Below, piece after piece: positions 60,104-64,000 of a DNA stretch of 64,000 nucleotides. Below the pieces are notes generated by a model. It searched no databases, was not told the origin of the DNA, and saw only the letters and a program-made list of their open reading frames with translations. The position numbers and the translations under genes were made by a program. The DNA is taken from positions 208,860 through 272,859 of the forward strand of contig CAYPFM010000001.1 in NCBI GenBank assembly GCA_964410185.1. The letters run 5' to 3'. The DNA is from an uncultured Candidatus Saccharibacteria bacterium. Lineage in GTDB: Bacteria > Patescibacteriota > Saccharimonadia > Saccharimonadales > JAUPVS01. How positions within the stretch are numbered: the stretch's first letter is position 1; each line of letters starts with the position of its first letter.

Positions 60104-61984
60104 ATGGATAAAAAACCTTTTCGCAACACTAGCTCATCTCAGCAACCAAAAGGCAGCAGAAGAGGTTTAAAAAATCTCATCCTTCTTGTCGTTCTTGCTA
60201 TCTTCGGCGTCGCCATCTTCGCCGCCTATAGCCAACCACGCAAGCTGGCCGAAGCGCCACTTTCCGAGGTTGTCGCCGCCGCCAATGCCGGCCAGGTCAA
60301 AGAACTGACCATTAAGGGGACCGAAGTCTTGGTTACCAAAAAAGACCAAAATCAACCAAGTCAGCGCGCTTACAAAGAGGCTGGCTCGACCATCTACGAT
60401 CAGGGTCTGAAGCAAAACGTCGAAGGACTGACGGTTAACCCAAAGCCAGATTCTGGCAATGGTGGTCTCTGGGTCTCGCTGGCGAGCGGTATTTTGCCAG
60501 TCATTCTGATTAGTGGTGTCTTGTTCTTTATGCTGCGCAGCGCGCAAGGGCAAGGCAACCAGGCCATGAGCTTTGGCAAGAGCAAAGCCCGTCTCTACGG
60601 TAACGAGAAGGATAAAGTAACCTTCAAGCAAGTTGCTGGTAGTGATGAAGCCAAGCAAGACCTCGAAGAAGTTGTTGAATTCCTCAAGTTTCCTAAGAAG
60701 TTTGAAGGGCTTGGCGCCAAGATTCCAAAAGGCGTTCTTTTAGTGGGCCCTCCTGGTACCGGTAAAACCATGCTCGCCCGCGCTGTTGCCGGTGAAGCCA
60801 ACGTGCCATTCTTCAGTATTTCTGGTTCAGAGTTTGTTGAAATGTTCGTTGGTGTCGGTGCGAGCCGTGTTCGCGACTTATTCGCCAAAGCAAAAAAGAA
60901 CTCACCTTGCATTATCTTTGTGGACGAAATCGATGCCGTTGGTCGCAAGCGCGGTTCTGGTATGGGTGGTGGTCATGACGAGCGCGAACAGACCCTCAAC
61001 CAGATTTTGGTAGAGATGGACGGCTTTGAACAAGGCCAGAACGTTATTGTCTTGGCCGCTACCAACCGTGCCGACGTGCTTGACCCAGCTCTGTTGCGCC
61101 CAGGCCGTTTTGACCGACGCGTTAACATTGGCCTACCAGATCGCAAAGACCGCGAAGCAATTCTTAAAGTTCACTTTGCCAAAAAGCCATTGGCAAAATC
61201 GGTTGATATCGATGCCTTGGCTGCCAAAACGGCTGGCTCATCGGGTGCCGACCTGGCTAATATCGCTAACGAAGCTGCCATCTTGGCCGCCCGTCACAAC
61301 AAGAAGGAAATCACCCAGGCTGAAGTGACCGGTGCCTTCGAAAAGATTGCGATTGGTCCAGAGCGCAAGAGCAAGATTATGAATGACAAAGAAAAGCAGA
61401 TGACTGCCTATCACGAAGCTGGTCACGCCATTGTCGGGCACGTCCTGCCAGATAGTGACATGGTGCATAAGGTGACGATTATCCCTCGTGGCGGTACCGG
61501 TGGTGTTACTTGGTTTATTCCACCCGAGGACAAGAGTTACCACAGTATCATTGAGTACAAAGACGTTCTGGCACGAATGCTGGGTGGACGCATCGCCGAA
61601 GAGGTCATTTATGGTCCAGAACGCGTCACCACTGGCGCCGGTAGCGACTTGCAAAAGGCTGCCGAATTGGCTCGCGACATGGTCATCAACCAAGGTATGG
61701 GTAAACAGCTACGCGACCAGGTTTTTCATGTTGACGAAGGCATCATGATGGACAAGCTCATGCACGAGCGTGAATATTCTGAAGAAACTGCCAAGATCAT
61801 CGATGACGAGGTTGAGGCCTTAATTACCGAAGCCGGCAAACGCGCCCGCGCTGTCATCAAGTCTAACAAGGCCAAGCTCGAAGAACTCAAGGACGCATTG
61901 ATCGAAAAAGAAACGGTTGAAGCCGAGGAAGTCCTGACGATTTTGAAGGGCTCACACCTGCCAAAAGAAGCCGCACTTTATTAG
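60104..61984 (+). CDS. ftsH: ATP-dependent zinc metalloprotease FtsH
   Basis: GPPGTGKT, the second region of homology, and HEAGHA zinc site. Confidence 0.95.
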   Translation: MDKKPFRNTSSSQQPKGSRRGLKNLILLVVLAIFGVAIFAAYSQPRKLAEAPLSEVVAAANAGQVKELTIKGTEVLVTKKDQNQPSQRAYKEAGSTIYDQGLKQNVEGLTVNPKPDSGNGGLWVSLASGILPVILISGVLFFMLRSAQGQGNQAMSFGKSKARLYGNEKDKVTFKQVAGSDEAKQDLEEVVEFLKFPKKFEGLGAKIPKGVLLVGPPGTGKTMLARAVAGEANVPFFSISGSEFVEMFVGVGASRVRDLFAKAKKNSPCIIFVDEIDAVGRKRGSGMGGGHDEREQTLNQILVEMDGFEQGQNVIVLAATNRADVLDPALLRPGRFDRRVNIGLPDRKDREAILKVHFAKKPLAKSVDIDALAAKTAGSSGADLANIANEAAILAARHNKKEITQAEVTGAFEKIAIGPERKSKIMNDKEKQMTAYHEAGHAIVGHVLPDSDMVHKVTIIPRGGTGGVTWFIPPEDKSYHSIIEYKDVLARMLGGRIAEEVIYGPERVTTGAGSDLQKAAELARDMVINQGMGKQLRDQVFHVDEGIMMDKLMHEREYSEETAKIIDDEVEALITEAGKRARAVIKSNKAKLEELKDALIEKETVEAEEVLTILKGSHLPKEAALY

Positions 61985-62030
61985 AACTCCAGCGTGCAAT
62001 CGAAGCCACTTACTCTTATAATAAGGGCTA

Positions 62031-63617
62031 ATGAATCGATTCCTCAAGCGAGCTAACAAGCGTACGAGCCTTGGTAACGCTGCATTCCTGCTGATTGTCA
62101 TCTCCTTGGTTGGACAGGTGCTCGGTTTCTTGCGCTACAAGCTGATTAACGCTAACTTTTCGGCTGTTGGCCCGCAGAGTACAGACGCTTACTTTGCTGC
62201 CGTCAAAATCCCTGATTTCTTCTTCTTTACGCTAGCCGCCGGTGCTCTCGGCGTTGCTTTCATGCCAATTTTGGCGGAGCACATGAACCGCGGCGACAAG
62301 AAAGGCGTCTGGGAACTTTCGAACAGTCTGATTAACCTGCTTTCGATTGTGATGCTTATTGCTGGCGCATTTATTATCGTCTTTGCTAAGCCGATTATTC
62401 ATGGAATTGTGGCACCAGGCTTGCCACCGGAGCAGCTAAATAATGCCGTGACAATCATGCGCCTGATTGCGCTAAACCCGATGCTGTTTGCGATTTCGGG
62501 AGTGCTGACCAGTGTACAACAGACCTATGGCCGGTTTGTATTTTATGCACTGGCACCAATTGGCTACAACTTGGCAATTATCATTAGCATCTTTGCTTTC
62601 CGTAATAATATTGGCTTGATTGGTCTCGGTGTTGGTGCCTTGATAGGCGCTATTCTACAGTTGATTATTGTCCTGTTTGGTCTGCCGGGCATTAGTTTTC
62701 GATGGCGGCCCAAGATTATGTGGCGTAATAAGGACTTTAAACTTATCTTGCGGAACCTGCCGCCGCGCTCGATTGACCAGGGGATTGATTCTATTAACAG
62801 TATTGTCGAAACCAACCTGGCCGCCCGTATCGGCCTGGGTAACATCACCTATTACGAAAATGCCTATATCTTAAGCACGACGCCGGTGCTACTAATCGGC
62901 ACCGCGATTGCTACCGCCGCATTCCCTCGTTTAAACGACAGATTAGCCCAAGGGCGCAAAGATTTATTCCGTCGGGATTTTCTGCAGGTATTACGCGCCA
63001 TGATTTGGCTAGCGATGCCGTTAAGTATAATTTGTTACTTTGCCCGTGGTTACTTTGCCCGTTTAATTTTTACGACCAGCGCTCCAGAAATCGCCTTAAT
63101 ATTTGGCTTTCTTGCGGGGGCAATCTTCTTTAGAACGCTGTATTCGATTATTTCGCGCTGGTTTTACGCCCAAAAAGATACGGTGACGCCATTGGTGGTG
63201 TCGGTTATTTCAATTGCCCTTAACTTGTACTTAGCAATTACACTATCTCGTCCGAGTGCTTACGGTATTGCTGGTCTGGCTATGGCCCAGTCGATTGTGG
63301 CGACGGTTGAAGTAGGTATTCTATTTTGTATCATGCTCTATCGTGATCCAAAGCTGTTTGACCGTAAGTTCTGGGGCGGCGTACTCAAAATTACCTCTGT
63401 AACAGGTTTTAGCGTGTTGACGGCCTTCATTATGATTTCACTTTTGCCGCTCAGCTTGGGTGACCGCGGTTTTATCACGCTCGGATTTAAGTTAGCGGCG
63501 ATTACTGGCATGACCTTTGCGGTGCACGTTGGTGTTTCATGGCTGTTTGGGCTCGAGGAAGTTAACCCCGTGATTAGTAAAACTCGCCAAATCTTCAAAG
63601 CCACGGTTCGAATTTAA
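62031..63617 (+). CDS. murJ: lipid II flippase MurJ/MviN
   Basis: 528-aa polytopic protein with an MviN-like N-terminus (LGFLRYKLINANF). Confidence 0.8.
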   Translation: MNRFLKRANKRTSLGNAAFLLIVISLVGQVLGFLRYKLINANFSAVGPQSTDAYFAAVKIPDFFFFTLAAGALGVAFMPILAEHMNRGDKKGVWELSNSLINLLSIVMLIAGAFIIVFAKPIIHGIVAPGLPPEQLNNAVTIMRLIALNPMLFAISGVLTSVQQTYGRFVFYALAPIGYNLAIIISIFAFRNNIGLIGLGVGALIGAILQLIIVLFGLPGISFRWRPKIMWRNKDFKLILRNLPPRSIDQGIDSINSIVETNLAARIGLGNITYYENAYILSTTPVLLIGTAIATAAFPRLNDRLAQGRKDLFRRDFLQVLRAMIWLAMPLSIICYFARGYFARLIFTTSAPEIALIFGFLAGAIFFRTLYSIISRWFYAQKDTVTPLVVSVISIALNLYLAITLSRPSAYGIAGLAMAQSIVATVEVGILFCIMLYRDPKLFDRKFWGGVLKITSVTGFSVLTAFIMISLLPLSLGDRGFITLGFKLAAITGMTFAVHVGVSWLFGLEEVNPVISKTRQIFKATVRI

Positions 63618-63635
63618 TCCCACCTCTGTTATACT

Positions 63636-64000
63636 ATGCACACGATGGATCAGGAACAGATTAGAAACTTTTGTATCATTGCGCATATTGACCACGGTAA
63701 GTCGACGCTGGCTGACCGCTTGCTGGAATTGACCGGTACGGTAGAGAAGCGAGCCATGAAGGCTCAGCTGCTTGATAAGATGGACCTGGAACGCGAAAAG
63801 GGCATTACTATTAAGTTGGCGCCGGTGCGCATGAATTACAAAGGTTATCAGCTTAACCTGATTGACACCCCCGGGCACGTTGACTTTAGTTACGAAGTCT
63901 CGCGTAGTCTTGAGGCTTGTGAGGGAGCAATCCTGATTGTTGACGCCAGCCAGGGAATCCAAGCTCAGACACTCGCTAACGTCTATCTGGCGATGGCCGC
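63636..64000 (+). CDS. lepA: elongation factor 4 (LepA), N-terminal part, runs off the window
   Basis: Hand translation [31 protein letters not shown]...DTPGHVDF. Alternative ATG at 63645. Confidence 0.9.
   Translation, partial: MHTMDQEQIRNFCIIAHIDHGKSTLADRLLELTGTVEKRAMKAQLLDKMDLEREKGITIKLAPVRMNYKGYQLNLIDTPGHVDFSYEVSRSLEACEGAILIVDASQGIQAQTLANVYLAMA

Noticed and set aside
1-64000. CRISPR arrays, rRNA, tmRNA, RNase P RNA, and an alternative genetic code (UGA recoding).
   Set aside because: No regularly spaced direct repeats were found. The conserved strings (GAGGAAAGTCC for RNase P, a tmRNA tag ORF with tRNA-like end) were not seen. Long family-typical ORFs are intact under the standard code.

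Overview
This 64-kb window comes from a compact, gene-dense bacterial genome, and long ORFs stay intact under the standard bacterial code. The gene content suggests a Patescibacteria/CPR, Saccharibacteria-like organism: many small membrane-anchored hypothetical proteins, a short archaeal-type AspRS, CCA-encoding tRNAs and promoters placed 6-9 nt from start codons. That lineage call is inference only.

Core genes:
- Pyrimidine de novo genes (partial pyrD, pyrF, pyrE, pyrB) plus prs.
- An envelope-glycan cluster: GT4 glycosyltransferase, polyprenyl-phosphate sugar transferase, O-antigen-ligase-like protein, GtrA, a LexA-like HTH protein and uppP.
- nadD, a Kef-type antiporter, DsbA-like protein, CNNM/CBS protein and aspS.
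- A MutY-like glycosylase with a MazG-like partner, a Mur ligase and an ABC-2 exporter.
- dus, and an hxlR / FMN reductase pair.
- A ClC channel, ftsB and a minimal K+ channel.
- An FNR-like / ApbE / bis-heme membrane operon.
- Oxidative pentose-phosphate genes (pgl, gnd, zwf), then tilS, ftsH, murJ and partial lepA.

Accessory content: two small (about 5.8 and 5.9 kb), visibly AT-richer integrated elements lie at 34904-40667 and 42837-48771.
- Each ends in a large serine recombinase whose ORF reads into the 3' end of a CAU-anticodon tRNA gene.
- Each is bounded by a 7-8 nt core repeat.
- Cargo of the first is a caspase-like protease with an unknown C-terminal domain, plus a repeat-flanked hydrolase-Nudix operon.
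- Cargo of the second is an OLD-family ATPase-TOPRIM nuclease plus membrane and small proteins.

Other candidates are a cobalamin-riboswitch-like leader upstream of an uncharacterised zinc-ribbon protein, several small ORFs missing from the ORF track, a palindromic divergent promoter and attenuator-like leaders. I saw no CRISPR array and no rRNA. All calls come from reading the sequence and remembered family motifs; no searches were run.
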